Assembly: GCA_021205725.1 (NCBI GenBank)
Contig: JAJPWY010000022.1
Span: forward strand, 438 to 64,437
Direction of reading: 5' to 3'
DNA length: 64,000 nt
From: Clostridiales bacterium
GTDB lineage: Bacteria > Bacillota > Clostridia > Oscillospirales > Oscillospiraceae
Within the stretch, counting starts at the first letter, position 1; every line of letters begins with the position of its first letter. Below are positions 36,338-44,713 of the stretch, one piece after another. A model generated the notes under the pieces. That model was not told where the DNA came from. It saw only the letters and a program-made list of their open reading frames with translations, and made no database searches. A program made the translations under genes and the position numbers.

Positions 36338-37171
36338 TCATTCCTCGTCGTCCATGAACTTGCGGTAGGCGGGCATGACCTGCTTCGTAGGGCCAATCAT
36401 GCGGATGTCCCCGTCATGGAGCCAGATCACCGAGGTACACAGCTTTTGGATGGTGCTGGCGTCGTGGGAGACGATGACCACGGTGCGGCTCTTTTCTGAA
36501 ATCAGCTCCAGCATCTTTTTCAGGCTCTTTTTCCGGAATTTGGCGTCGCCCACCGAGAGGACCTCATCCACCAGGATAATGTCCGTTTTCAGGATAGCGG
36601 TGATGGAAAAGGACAGCTTGGAGACCATGCCGCTGGAGTAGGTCTTGACCGGCTTTTCGATGAAGTCTCCCAGCTCGGAGAACTCGATGATCTCGTCGAT
36701 CTGTGCGTCGATCTGCTCCTTGGAAAAGCCCAGCAGCATGGCGGAGAGATAGATATTGTCCCGGCCGGAGAGCTGTTTGAGAAAGCCTACTCCCAGGGCC
36801 AGCAGGGAGACGGTGGAGCCGTGAAGATCTACCGAGCCCTCGTCCGGCTCAAAGATGCCGGCCAGCACCCGGAGCAGGGTAGACTTGCCGCTGCCGTTTT
36901 TCCCCACCAGACCCACAATATCTCCCTGATGAATTTCAAAGGAGACGCCATGGAGGGCCTCGAAGTGTTCCACCCGGCCCTTTCGGGTGAAGGAGGAGAG
37001 AACATTGGCGGAGATGCCGGAGGCCTCGTCATTGGAGGTGGCGGTGGGCCTGGAGACGGGAGTTGTATTTTTACTGTTTCGCATGGAGACAGGGACGATG
37101 CTTCGATAGCTCAGATGGATATTTTTGGCGGTGATGGACACCGGCGATTGCTCTGTGGTCTGCTCGCTCAT
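36338..37171 (-). CDS. ABC transporter ATP-binding protein, TagH/Wzt (polysaccharide/teichoic-acid exporter) type, no cognate permease nearby
   Basis: Walker A GKNGSGKST. Signature YSSGMVSKL. Walker B ILVDEVLSVGD, typical of the TagH/KpsT/Wzt subgroup. Confidence 0.8.
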   Translation of the reverse strand: MSEQTTEQSPVSITAKNIHLSYRSIVPVSMRNSKNTTPVSRPTATSNDEASGISANVLSSFTRKGRVEHFEALHGVSFEIHQGDIVGLVGKNGSGKSTLLRVLAGIFEPDEGSVDLHGSTVSLLALGVGFLKQLSGRDNIYLSAMLLGFSKEQIDAQIDEIIEFSELGDFIEKPVKTYSSGMVSKLSFSITAILKTDIILVDEVLSVGDAKFRKKSLKKMLELISEKSRTVVIVSHDASTIQKLCTSVIWLHDGDIRMIGPTKQVMPAYRKFMDDEE

Positions 37172-37224
37172 AGAGAATACCTTCCTGCGTTGGCGGACGG
37201 AACTGTCCGCACCTGTTTAACGGT

Positions 37225-37253
37225 ACTATACCATGACTTGCCCCAAAATGCAA
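37225..37253 (-). promoter_or_regulatory. Sigma-A type promoter for the TagH-like gene
   Basis: Minus strand: TTGCAT (37253-37248), 17 nt, TATAGT (37230-37225), preceded by TGg. Confidence 0.6.
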
Positions 37254-37304
37254 GAGAGGGCGAAGAAGGGGAGATAAAATGGTCGAAACCCGGCAGACTT
37301 TTGC

Positions 37305-37333
37305 TTGTCAAGGGGAGTGGGGTATGCTACAAT
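37305..37333 (+). promoter_or_regulatory. Sigma-A type promoter for the DEAD-box helicase gene
   Basis: TTGTCA (37305-37310), 17 nt, TACAAT (37328-37333), preceded by TGc. Confidence 0.6.
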
Positions 37334-37455
37334 AATGACTGTTGAATGGATTGCCGTGCGATTTGTGCGGCTTATTTGTGCGCCTGGCACCGGACGGCGA
37401 AAGAACCGGGATGAAAGCTGTATTTGGCGCAGGAAGTGGGAAAGGAACGAAATCC

Positions 37456-38631
37456 ATGGAAATCAATGGCGTTGAGTGCAGCGAGGACGTGCGCTACGAC
37501 CAGCTGGGGCTGTCCCCGGCGATCATGCAGGCTCTGGACAAAAAGGGCTTTGTCCAGGCAACTCCCATTCAGGGCGGGGCCATCCCGCCGCTGATGGAGT
37601 GGAAGGATGTGGTGGCCAAGGCACCCACGGGAACAGGAAAGACATTTGCCTTCGGCATCCCGATCTTGGAGCATATCGACCGCACCTCTGAGAGCGTGCA
37701 GGCGCTGATTTTGGCCCCCACCCGGGAGCTGGCCATCCAGATCCGGGACGAGTTAAAGGATCTGTGCGCCTTCCAGGAGGGGGTGCGGGTGGTCTGCCTC
37801 TACGGCGGCCAGCCCATCGACAAACAGATCAAGCAGCTGAAAAACGCTCCCCAGATCGTGGTGGCTACCCCGGGACGGCTGATGGATCACCAGAAGCGGC
37901 GTACCCTCCGGCTGGACAAGGTGTCCACCGTCATTCTGGACGAGGCGGATCGGATGCTGGACATGGGCTTTATCGATGACGTGACCAAGATCCTGGACTC
38001 CATCCCCAACCGGAAGAACCTGGGCCTGTTCTCCGCCACCATCAGCCGGGAGGTCATGGACATCTCCTGGGTATATCAGCGCGACCCGGTGGAGATCACC
38101 GTCCGTCCGGTGAACGAGGACAAGCCGGACATCCAGCAGTACCGCATCCTCCTGGAGAGCCGGGATCAAAAGCTGAACACCCTTCTGGGACTGCTCAGGG
38201 GAGGCAGCTACGAGCGGGCCATCGCCTTCTGCAACACCAAGAACATGACCGACCGTCTGGCGGCGCTGCTCCAGCAGCATCATATCTCCGCCAGACCCAT
38301 CCATGGGGACATCCCCCAGAAGGAGCGGGAGCAGACCCTGTCCAGCTTCCGCAGCGGCAAGCTCCGGGTGCTGGTGGCCACCGACGTGGCCGCCCGGGGC
38401 CTGGACATCGACGACGTGGATGTGGTGTTCAACTACGATGTGCCCGACGAGAATGAGTATTATATCCACCGCATCGGACGCACCGGTCGGGCGAAGAAGC
38501 ACGGCGTCAGCTATACCTTTGTGGGCACCGTGGCGGAGGAGATCAAGCTCAACGAGATCATCCGCAGCCAGAAGTATGACATCCAAACCCTGAAATACGA
38601 CGAGGACGGATGCCTGATGCTGATGGATTGA
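37456..38631 (+). CDS. DEAD-box ATP-dependent RNA helicase
   Basis: Q-motif region, AKAPTGTGKT, DEAD, SAT and HRIGRTGR motifs. ATG 37456 is chosen; the ORF-track start 37342 (TTG) adds 38 non-conserved residues. Confidence 0.9.
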   Translation: MEINGVECSEDVRYDQLGLSPAIMQALDKKGFVQATPIQGGAIPPLMEWKDVVAKAPTGTGKTFAFGIPILEHIDRTSESVQALILAPTRELAIQIRDELKDLCAFQEGVRVVCLYGGQPIDKQIKQLKNAPQIVVATPGRLMDHQKRRTLRLDKVSTVILDEADRMLDMGFIDDVTKILDSIPNRKNLGLFSATISREVMDISWVYQRDPVEITVRPVNEDKPDIQQYRILLESRDQKLNTLLGLLRGGSYERAIAFCNTKNMTDRLAALLQQHHISARPIHGDIPQKEREQTLSSFRSGKLRVLVATDVAARGLDIDDVDVVFNYDVPDENEYYIHRIGRTGRAKKHGVSYTFVGTVAEEIKLNEIIRSQKYDIQTLKYDEDGCLMLMD

Positions 38632-38723
38632 CAGACTGATTTTTGCAAGGACGGCCCAGGGACAGCAAAAAATGAAGCGGGCCTCTGTCAGGCGGACGGT
38701 GAAAAACGAAAAAGGTTTCCATG

Positions 38724-38762
38724 AAGACGGCCTTTGCCCACGGGCAGAGGCCGTCTTTTTTA
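38724..38762 (+). terminator. Intrinsic terminator after the helicase gene
   Basis: AAGACGGCCT-N14-AGGCCGTCTT followed by TTTTTAT. Confidence 0.75.
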
Positions 38763-38882
38763 TGTGGCAGCGTGAAATTCCATAGGTGTCATGTATTTGA
38801 GCCGCTTCCGGTAACGCCAGGGAACCGGCTATCAGGTTCGTCAGAAAAAGTCTTTTCCGGTCTGCCGAATAACCGCCGGATG

Positions 38883-38891
38883 TGTTATACT
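38883..38891 (+). promoter_or_regulatory. Extended -10 element upstream of the Y-family polymerase cluster
   Basis: TGtTATACT. No good -35. Confidence 0.4.
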
Positions 38892-38925
38892 ATATTGAAA
38901 CGAAATGCACAGGGAGGTGATCCGT

Positions 38926-40434
38926 TTGTCAGACCGTTCCTATGTCGCCATCGACCTGAAATCCTTCTATGCCTCGGTAGAGTGCGCAGAGCGAGGGCTC
39001 GACCCGCTGACCACCAATCTGGTGGTGGCCGACCAGAGCCGCACGGAGAAAACCATCTGCCTGGCGGTGTCACCCTCTCTGAAATCCTTTGGCATCTCCG
39101 GGCGGGCAAGGCTGTTCGAGGTCGTCCAGCGGGTGAAGGAGGTCAACCGGGAGCGACAGCGCCGGGCACCGGGACACACCTTCACCGGCTCCTCCAGCAA
39201 CATCAATGAGCTGAACGCCGACCCATCCCTGTCGCTGGACTATATCGTGGCCACACCCCAGATGGCCCATTATATCCAGCGCAGCACAGAGATTTATCAG
39301 ATTTACCTCCGGTTCATCGCCCCGGAGGACATCCATGTGTACAGCATCGACGAGGTGTTCATGGATGTGACCGACTATTTGCAGACCTATCAGCTCACCC
39401 CCCATGAGCTGGCCATGAAGATGATCCGGGAGGTCTTGAATGAGACCGGCATCACGGCTACGGCGGGCATCGGCACCAACCTCTACCTCTGCAAGATCGC
39501 CATGGACATCGTGGCAAAGCACATCCCCGCTGACAAGGACGGCGTCCGCATTGCGGAGCTGGACGAGATGAGTTACCGGCAGCAGCTCTGGACACACCAG
39601 CCTATTACGGACTTCTGGCGGGTGGGTCGTGGCTACGCAAAGCGGCTGGATAAACTGGGGCTGCACACCATGGGAGACATTGCGTGGTACAGCCTGCGTG
39701 AGTACGGGGAGAGCCAGCTCTACCAGGAGTTCGGCATCAACGCTGAGCTGCTCATCGACCACGCCTGGGGCTGGGAGCCGTGCCGTATTTCCGACATCAA
39801 GGCATACAGGCCGGAGAACAACAGCATCAGCTCCGGGCAGGTGCTGCAATCTCCCTATGAGTTCGATAAGGCAAAGCTGGTCGTCCGGGAGATGGCGGAC
39901 GCCCTCTCCCTCGACCTGGTGGACAAGGGGCTGGTAGCTGACCAGATCGTGCTGACCGTTGGGTATGACATTGAAAATCTGACCGATGCAGAGAGGCAGA
40001 AGGCCTACAGGGGGGAAGTTACCACCGACCACTATGGAAGGAAGGTGCCCAAGCAGGCCCACGGCTCCATCAATCTGGGACGACAGACGGCCTCCACCAT
40101 GCTCATCACCAACGCCGCTATGGAGCTGTTTGACCGCATCGTTGACCGGAATCTGCTGGTGCGGCGGATGTATGTGGTGGCCAACCACGTGGTCAGGGAG
40201 GATATGGCAAGGCCCCCGGAGCCAGAGCAGCTGGATCTGTTCACCGACCGTGCCTCCCTGGAGCAACGGCAAAAGGCGGAACAGGAAGCGATGGAAAAGG
40301 AAAAGCGGCGGCAGAAGGCCGTTCTCGCCATTCAGAAAAAATATGGGAAGAACGCTCTGCTGAAAGGGATGAATCTGGAGGAGGGCGCTACCGGCAAAGA
40401 CCGAAATGCGCAAATTGGGGGGCATAAGGCGTAA
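38926..40434 (+). CDS. Y-family (UvrX/DinB/UmuC-like) translesion DNA polymerase
   Basis: SYVAIDLKSFYASVEC and SIDEVFMDVT catalytic motifs. Lys/Glu-rich C-terminal tail. TTG 38926 sits 6 nt after GGGAGGTGA; the ORF-track ATG 38905 has no RBS. Confidence 0.85.
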   Translation: MSDRSYVAIDLKSFYASVECAERGLDPLTTNLVVADQSRTEKTICLAVSPSLKSFGISGRARLFEVVQRVKEVNRERQRRAPGHTFTGSSSNINELNADPSLSLDYIVATPQMAHYIQRSTEIYQIYLRFIAPEDIHVYSIDEVFMDVTDYLQTYQLTPHELAMKMIREVLNETGITATAGIGTNLYLCKIAMDIVAKHIPADKDGVRIAELDEMSYRQQLWTHQPITDFWRVGRGYAKRLDKLGLHTMGDIAWYSLREYGESQLYQEFGINAELLIDHAWGWEPCRISDIKAYRPENNSISSGQVLQSPYEFDKAKLVVREMADALSLDLVDKGLVADQIVLTVGYDIENLTDAERQKAYRGEVTTDHYGRKVPKQAHGSINLGRQTASTMLITNAAMELFDRIVDRNLLVRRMYVVANHVVREDMARPPEPEQLDLFTDRASLEQRQKAEQEAMEKEKRRQKAVLAIQKKYGKNALLKGMNLEEGATGKDRNAQIGGHKA

Positions 40435-40459
40435 AGAAATAAGCTTTGGGAGGATAGGT

Positions 40460-41137
40460 ATGGGAGAGTATTACAAGTGGGTGAATGTGGATAAAAAAGA
40501 ATATCTTTCTCCAACTGATTTTGGGCTTGGAAATAAGCGGTATGAATCATTAACTCGTGGTAACGCTTTCTTATGTTCGTTGAGAGAGCTGTTGGACGAG
40601 CACTGGAAAGGCGACCACATTGCTTTTCTCGGAGATGAATTTTCTGTTTCCGGCAACGAGAGCAATGCACTCCTTAGAAGCCTCTATCAACAGACACTTC
40701 TTTACGGAAAACCGGGAAGCATCAGTGATTTGATTGATGAAAAATATAGAAATGTTTCCTGTTTGTTCAGAGATGCTGAAAAAGAAGTGCGGAAAGAGAT
40801 ATCGTTTTATATCGAAAGTATGAGAAGCGGAGAAGCACCCTTAACCGTCAATGAATATGGTGTAAACTTGGAACGTCCTTTTGAGAACTTGTTCTCAAAG
40901 AAAGGACGCACTTTCCAGTATACGATCAACTGCACGAAGGGAGTCTGCTATTCTTTCAATGACACACAAATTTTGCACTTGAACCACACACATAATGATT
41001 ATGCCGACCCACTACCGCTTCTAATGAGTTACGGAAGAACTTCAAGTGGTGGGCAATGGCTAGGCGATATTGTTGCAGTAGCAGACGATATACCAGACAA
41101 CGTTCTGCTTCTTGACAGGATATACCTTGATTGGTAA
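40460..41137 (+). CDS. Hypothetical protein, visibly lower GC than its neighbours
   Basis: 225 aa. GGAGGATAGGT RBS. AT-rich codon usage. No motif I recognise (MGEYYKWVNVDKKEYLSPTDFGLGNK...). Confidence 0.6.
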   Translation: MGEYYKWVNVDKKEYLSPTDFGLGNKRYESLTRGNAFLCSLRELLDEHWKGDHIAFLGDEFSVSGNESNALLRSLYQQTLLYGKPGSISDLIDEKYRNVSCLFRDAEKEVRKEISFYIESMRSGEAPLTVNEYGVNLERPFENLFSKKGRTFQYTINCTKGVCYSFNDTQILHLNHTHNDYADPLPLLMSYGRTSSGGQWLGDIVAVADDIPDNVLLLDRIYLDW

Positions 41138-41181
41138 ATAGCAAAGGCATAGCCTGTGAATACAAATGAGGAGCATTCAAA

Positions 41182-41628
41182 GTGACTGACAGAAGAACCG
41201 AAAACTATCAAGACATCATCGACCTGCCCCACCACGTCTCGGAGTCCCGTCCCCATATGTCCATGCGTGACCGGGCGGCCCAGTTCTCTCCCTTTGCGGC
41301 GCTCACCGGCTACGACGCCGCCGTGCAGGAGACGGCCCGGCTGACCGACCGGCGGGCGGAGCTGGACGAGGAAAGGAAGCAGGACTTATCAGAACGGCTC
41401 AATCTGATTCAGGAGAATCTGGCGGCTGCTCCTGTGGTGGAGATTACCTACTTCGTTCCGGACAAACGTAAGGAGGGCGGCGCTTACTGTACTGCTACCG
41501 GCACCGTGAAAAAGGTGGATGCGTTTCAACGGCTTGTTGTGCTGACAGACGGGACAGATATCCCCATCGACGAGATCATCGAGATCAGCGGAGCGATGTT
41601 CCGGTCTCTGGATGATTCCTTTGCATGA
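41182..41628 (+). CDS. YolD-like family protein
   Basis: 148 aa. GTG start after GAGGAG. The HMSMRDRAAQFSPFAALTGYD segment is typical of YolD-like proteins that partner UvrX-type polymerases. Confidence 0.7.
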   Translation: MTDRRTENYQDIIDLPHHVSESRPHMSMRDRAAQFSPFAALTGYDAAVQETARLTDRRAELDEERKQDLSERLNLIQENLAAAPVVEITYFVPDKRKEGGAYCTATGTVKKVDAFQRLVVLTDGTDIPIDEIIEISGAMFRSLDDSFA

Positions 41629-41692
41629 CGGGGGAGCAGATGTAATAGCGGGAGCAGTGCTCCGCTGTTTCCGGAAGAAGGGATGGTTTACC

Positions 41693-41992
41693 ATGGAGCA
41701 AAAGAAAAAAGCGGACGGCTTCAAGTACGATTTCACGCCGTCAGAGCTGAAAGCGCTGCTGTTCCACTCCAAGAGGTGCCCGGACTGCTCGGGGCCGCTG
41801 ACGAGAGAGCGGACCTGTGAACGGGTGGAGGGCCGGGAGCTCAACTCAAAGTCTGACCCGTTCTTCGTCCAGAACGCCCAGGTCAACCACTACGGCTTCC
41901 GGTTTCGCTGCCAGGACTGTGGACGGGTGTTCCCCCTGAGCGAGCTGGCCCGGCGGGCCAACGGGTTCCACAAGACGGGGGCGGACCGGTGA
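41693..41992 (+). CDS. Small Cys4 zinc-ribbon protein, unknown function
   Basis: 99 aa. CPDC...CQDC pairs. Its stop overlaps the next gene's GTG start. Confidence 0.5.
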   Translation: MEQKKKADGFKYDFTPSELKALLFHSKRCPDCSGPLTRERTCERVEGRELNSKSDPFFVQNAQVNHYGFRFRCQDCGRVFPLSELARRANGFHKTGADR

Positions 41993-42669
41993 ACGCGGCG
42001 CTGGATTTTACTGTCGCAACGAAGGACGACCTCATCCGCGCGGTGCAGCGTCTGGGCATCCTCCCCTTCTTCCGGAACAGCCTCCCCGGCTTCTCCGTGG
42101 AGGAGCACGTCGCCCCCTCCGCCTGGTTCTCCGATGAACCCGGCGTGTGGGAGTGGAAGGGCCTGGTCATTCAGGAGGCCTGCTGCGCCTACGGGAAGTT
42201 CTTTGAGAAGAAGGCGGCGTTCATCAGCCTGGAGTGGTTCCCTGACTTTGCCAACTACCGGAGAGACGGCTACGACTTCGACGCCCGCTTTGACGACGGC
42301 CTGGCTTCCTACAGGGACAAGCAGCTCTTTGACCTGCTGGACGCCCGGGCGCCGGTGCTGTCCAAAGCCCTGAAACGGGAGGGCAACTACGGGAAGGGCG
42401 GCGTCCCCGGCTTTGACACCTCCATGACCCGCCTACAGGCCCAGGGCTATGTGGTCATCAGCGATTTTGTCTACATGCGGGACCGCTACGGCAGGGAGTA
42501 CGGCTGGGGCGTGGCGGAGTACTCCACCCCGGAGAAGCGCTTCGGCCCAGCGTTCACCGACGCCGTCTACCGGCGCCAGCCGGAGGAGTCCCTCTGTCGT
42601 CTGCTGGAGCAGCTACACACGATTTTGCCGGACGCTTCGGACAAGGCTCTGCGCCGCTTTCTCGGGTGA
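41989..42669 (+). CDS. AlkZ-related (winged-helix HTH_42-like) protein, short form
   Basis: 226 aa. LGILPFFRNSLPGFSVEE...WEWKG...YGKFFEKKAAFISLEWFPDFANYRRDGYDFD resembles the family RefSeq labels AlkZ-related. Assignment is from memory and needs a profile search. Confidence 0.5.
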   Translation: MNAALDFTVATKDDLIRAVQRLGILPFFRNSLPGFSVEEHVAPSAWFSDEPGVWEWKGLVIQEACCAYGKFFEKKAAFISLEWFPDFANYRRDGYDFDARFDDGLASYRDKQLFDLLDARAPVLSKALKREGNYGKGGVPGFDTSMTRLQAQGYVVISDFVYMRDRYGREYGWGVAEYSTPEKRFGPAFTDAVYRRQPEESLCRLLEQLHTILPDASDKALRRFLG

Positions 42670-42709
42670 CGTCCCGGCGCAGGCACGGGAGAGACAGGAG
42701 GTGTGCAAC

Positions 42710-43546
42710 ATGGCAAACAAAGAAACCATTCTCTACCACTACACGGATTTTTCCGCCCTGGATGGGATACTGAGCAATTCGGAGCTGCGGCTGAACAACG
42801 TTCTGAACATGAACGACGCCTCGGAAATGCTCCTTTTCATGAGCGGTCTGTGTAAGGCGGTGCTGGAGCGGTTTCAGGCGGACGGCGACCAGGAACGGGC
42901 CAAGTGGACGGTGAAGGTCTTTTCGGAGGAGCGGAAAAAGGAGTTCGTCTACTCCGCCTATGCCGCCTGCTTCTCGTGCTATCGGGACGACGCCGCCCAG
43001 TGGGAGCGCTACGCAAACAGGGGCCGGGGCGTCTGTATCGCTTTTCGGGAGAGCCTGCTGCAACAGATGACGGTGGAGCCCCTCTCTCTGCAGCCCGTCT
43101 TTTACCAGGACGATGTCAGCGGGCATGAACTTGTGGATACCCTGTATGAGCTGATTTGCCAAAACGAGCCTCCCCTTCGGATGACATCTGAAATTCGGGA
43201 GACACTGAATCACGCATGGACCGCCTCCGCCGCCTTCAAGCACCCCTCGTTTGCCAGCGAGAAGGAGGTGCGGCTGGTGGTCTCCCCCTTTGAGCAGGGC
43301 TTCTTTGACGTGAAGCCCCGCTATCACATCACAAAGGAACGAATCAAAAAATACTACCCCGTGGACCTGCGGAAAATGTGTAGCCGGGCAAATGTCCGTC
43401 TGGAGGACGTTCTGGCGGAGCTGATCATCGGGCCGGAATCCACCCAGTCCATCCCGATCTTACAGGACTATCTGAACGACCACGGATACCGGGAGCTGGC
43501 CGGTCGGGTCAAAAAGTCTGCCTGCCCCCTGAGAGAGCGGCTGTGA
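42710..43546 (+). CDS. DUF2971 family protein
   Basis: 278 aa. N-terminal LYHYTDFSALDGILSNSELRLNNVLNMNDASE matches the DUF2971 hallmark. ATG 42710 has GGAGGTG upstream. The ORF-track start 42449 overlaps the previous gene out of frame. Confidence 0.65.
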   Translation: MANKETILYHYTDFSALDGILSNSELRLNNVLNMNDASEMLLFMSGLCKAVLERFQADGDQERAKWTVKVFSEERKKEFVYSAYAACFSCYRDDAAQWERYANRGRGVCIAFRESLLQQMTVEPLSLQPVFYQDDVSGHELVDTLYELICQNEPPLRMTSEIRETLNHAWTASAAFKHPSFASEKEVRLVVSPFEQGFFDVKPRYHITKERIKKYYPVDLRKMCSRANVRLEDVLAELIIGPESTQSIPILQDYLNDHGYRELAGRVKKSACPLRERL

Positions 43547-43570
43547 GCAGTCCGGGAAGAGAATCGCACC

Positions 43571-44293
43571 ATGTATTTCTTCACCTATGAAACCGACCTG
43601 CCGGACGGCGTGGGATTTTCCCACTTCTCTGCTGTACACATGACCTGGCTTGTCGTGATCGTCATTTGCATCGTCCTGCTGTCCAGGTGGTTTCTCGGGA
43701 AGGGGGAGGAGACCCGGCGCAGGCTCAGTAAGGCCCTGGCCTGGTCCCTGTGCGGCATCCTCGCCGCGGAGTACGTGATCCTTCTCGTAACAGGCCACCT
43801 GACGGTCTATCAGCTCCCCCTGCACCTTTGTACGATGATGCCTTTGGTCTGCCTGATCTTCTCCTACACGGGCTGGGACTGGGCAGGACAGACGGTCTAC
43901 AGCCTGGGCATCATCGGCGCAGTACTGGCGCTCCTCTTCCCCGACTGGAACCGCTATCCCCAGTGGAACTATATGAACCTGACCGGCTTTGCCATCCACG
44001 GCGGTCTGGTCCTCTACGGCGTCTGGCAGGTGGCGGGAAAGGCGGTCAGGCCCCGCATCACGGCGATGTGGAAGCCGGTGCTGTTTCTGGCGGTGGTCGT
44101 TCCCCCTGTCTACCTCTTTGACCGGTGCTGGGGGACGAACTACTTCTTCCTGTTAAACGGCTCCCCCGGCTCTCCCCTTCAGGCCCTTCAGGAGCAGCTG
44201 GGGGCCACGTATCTTCCTGTCTATGCGGCCCTGATGCTGGCGGTGATGGCAGTTGAATACCTGCCCTGGCTGGGAACGCTCCGGCGCAAATGA
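43571..44293 (+). CDS. Integral membrane protein (YwaF/TIGR02206-like)
   Basis: 240 aa, about 7 TM helices. N-terminal FSHFSAVHMTWLVV resembles YwaF-type proteins. Confidence 0.5.
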   Translation: MYFFTYETDLPDGVGFSHFSAVHMTWLVVIVICIVLLSRWFLGKGEETRRRLSKALAWSLCGILAAEYVILLVTGHLTVYQLPLHLCTMMPLVCLIFSYTGWDWAGQTVYSLGIIGAVLALLFPDWNRYPQWNYMNLTGFAIHGGLVLYGVWQVAGKAVRPRITAMWKPVLFLAVVVPPVYLFDRCWGTNYFFLLNGSPGSPLQALQEQLGATYLPVYAALMLAVMAVEYLPWLGTLRRK

Positions 44294-44656
44294 CGATTGG
44301 CATATCATCGTTGATTGCCAGGAAATCATACACATCGTAGAGTACAGGGGCTTGACCAAAGGCGTTTCGCCGACCAGGAGGATGTGCAGATTGTCGCTGT
44401 GCTCAGACGGGTCAGTATAAATGCTCTTAGAAATGAAGTAGTAGCAAATCTCCTCTGTATGACCTGAAAAAGCCGTTGACAGCTTTTCCGATTAGCAAAT
44501 TGGCTGCGGAAAAGTGTCCGCTCCAAAGGCTCGTCTTTTCCCATGGAGAGGGGCGGAACGGAAATTTATTAGCAGATTTTATTGGCAAAAAGTTGATTGC
44601 TTTTTTATTGCAGGGCAAAAAGAACGCCGAAAGCCTTGGAAAATCATCATAGGAAA

Positions 44657-44701
44657 AGCTCCCAGCCTGTCGGAGGTGCGTTCCGACGGCTGGGAGCTTT
44701 T
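44657..44701. terminator. Strong bidirectional intrinsic terminator
   Basis: AGCTCCCAGCC...GGCTGGGAGCT (11-bp stem plus inner GTCGGA/TCCGAC stem), flanked by AAAA and TTTT. 13 nt after the 44714 stop. Confidence 0.75.
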
Positions 44702-44713
44702 GCGCTGAAACAT

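Noticed and set aside
38763-38925. A LexA/SOS (Cheo) box upstream of the Y-family polymerase cluster.
   Set aside because: No GAAC-N4-GTTC-type site was found by eye. The only palindrome is GAACC-N8-GGTTC (38822-38839), which has the wrong spacing and sits about 45 nt upstream of the -10 element.
34514-40425. ORFs 34514-36271 (+), 37753-38586 (-) and 39070-40425 (-).
   Set aside because: They are antisense to the FHA-SEDS, DEAD-box helicase and Y-family polymerase genes respectively. No independent signals support them.
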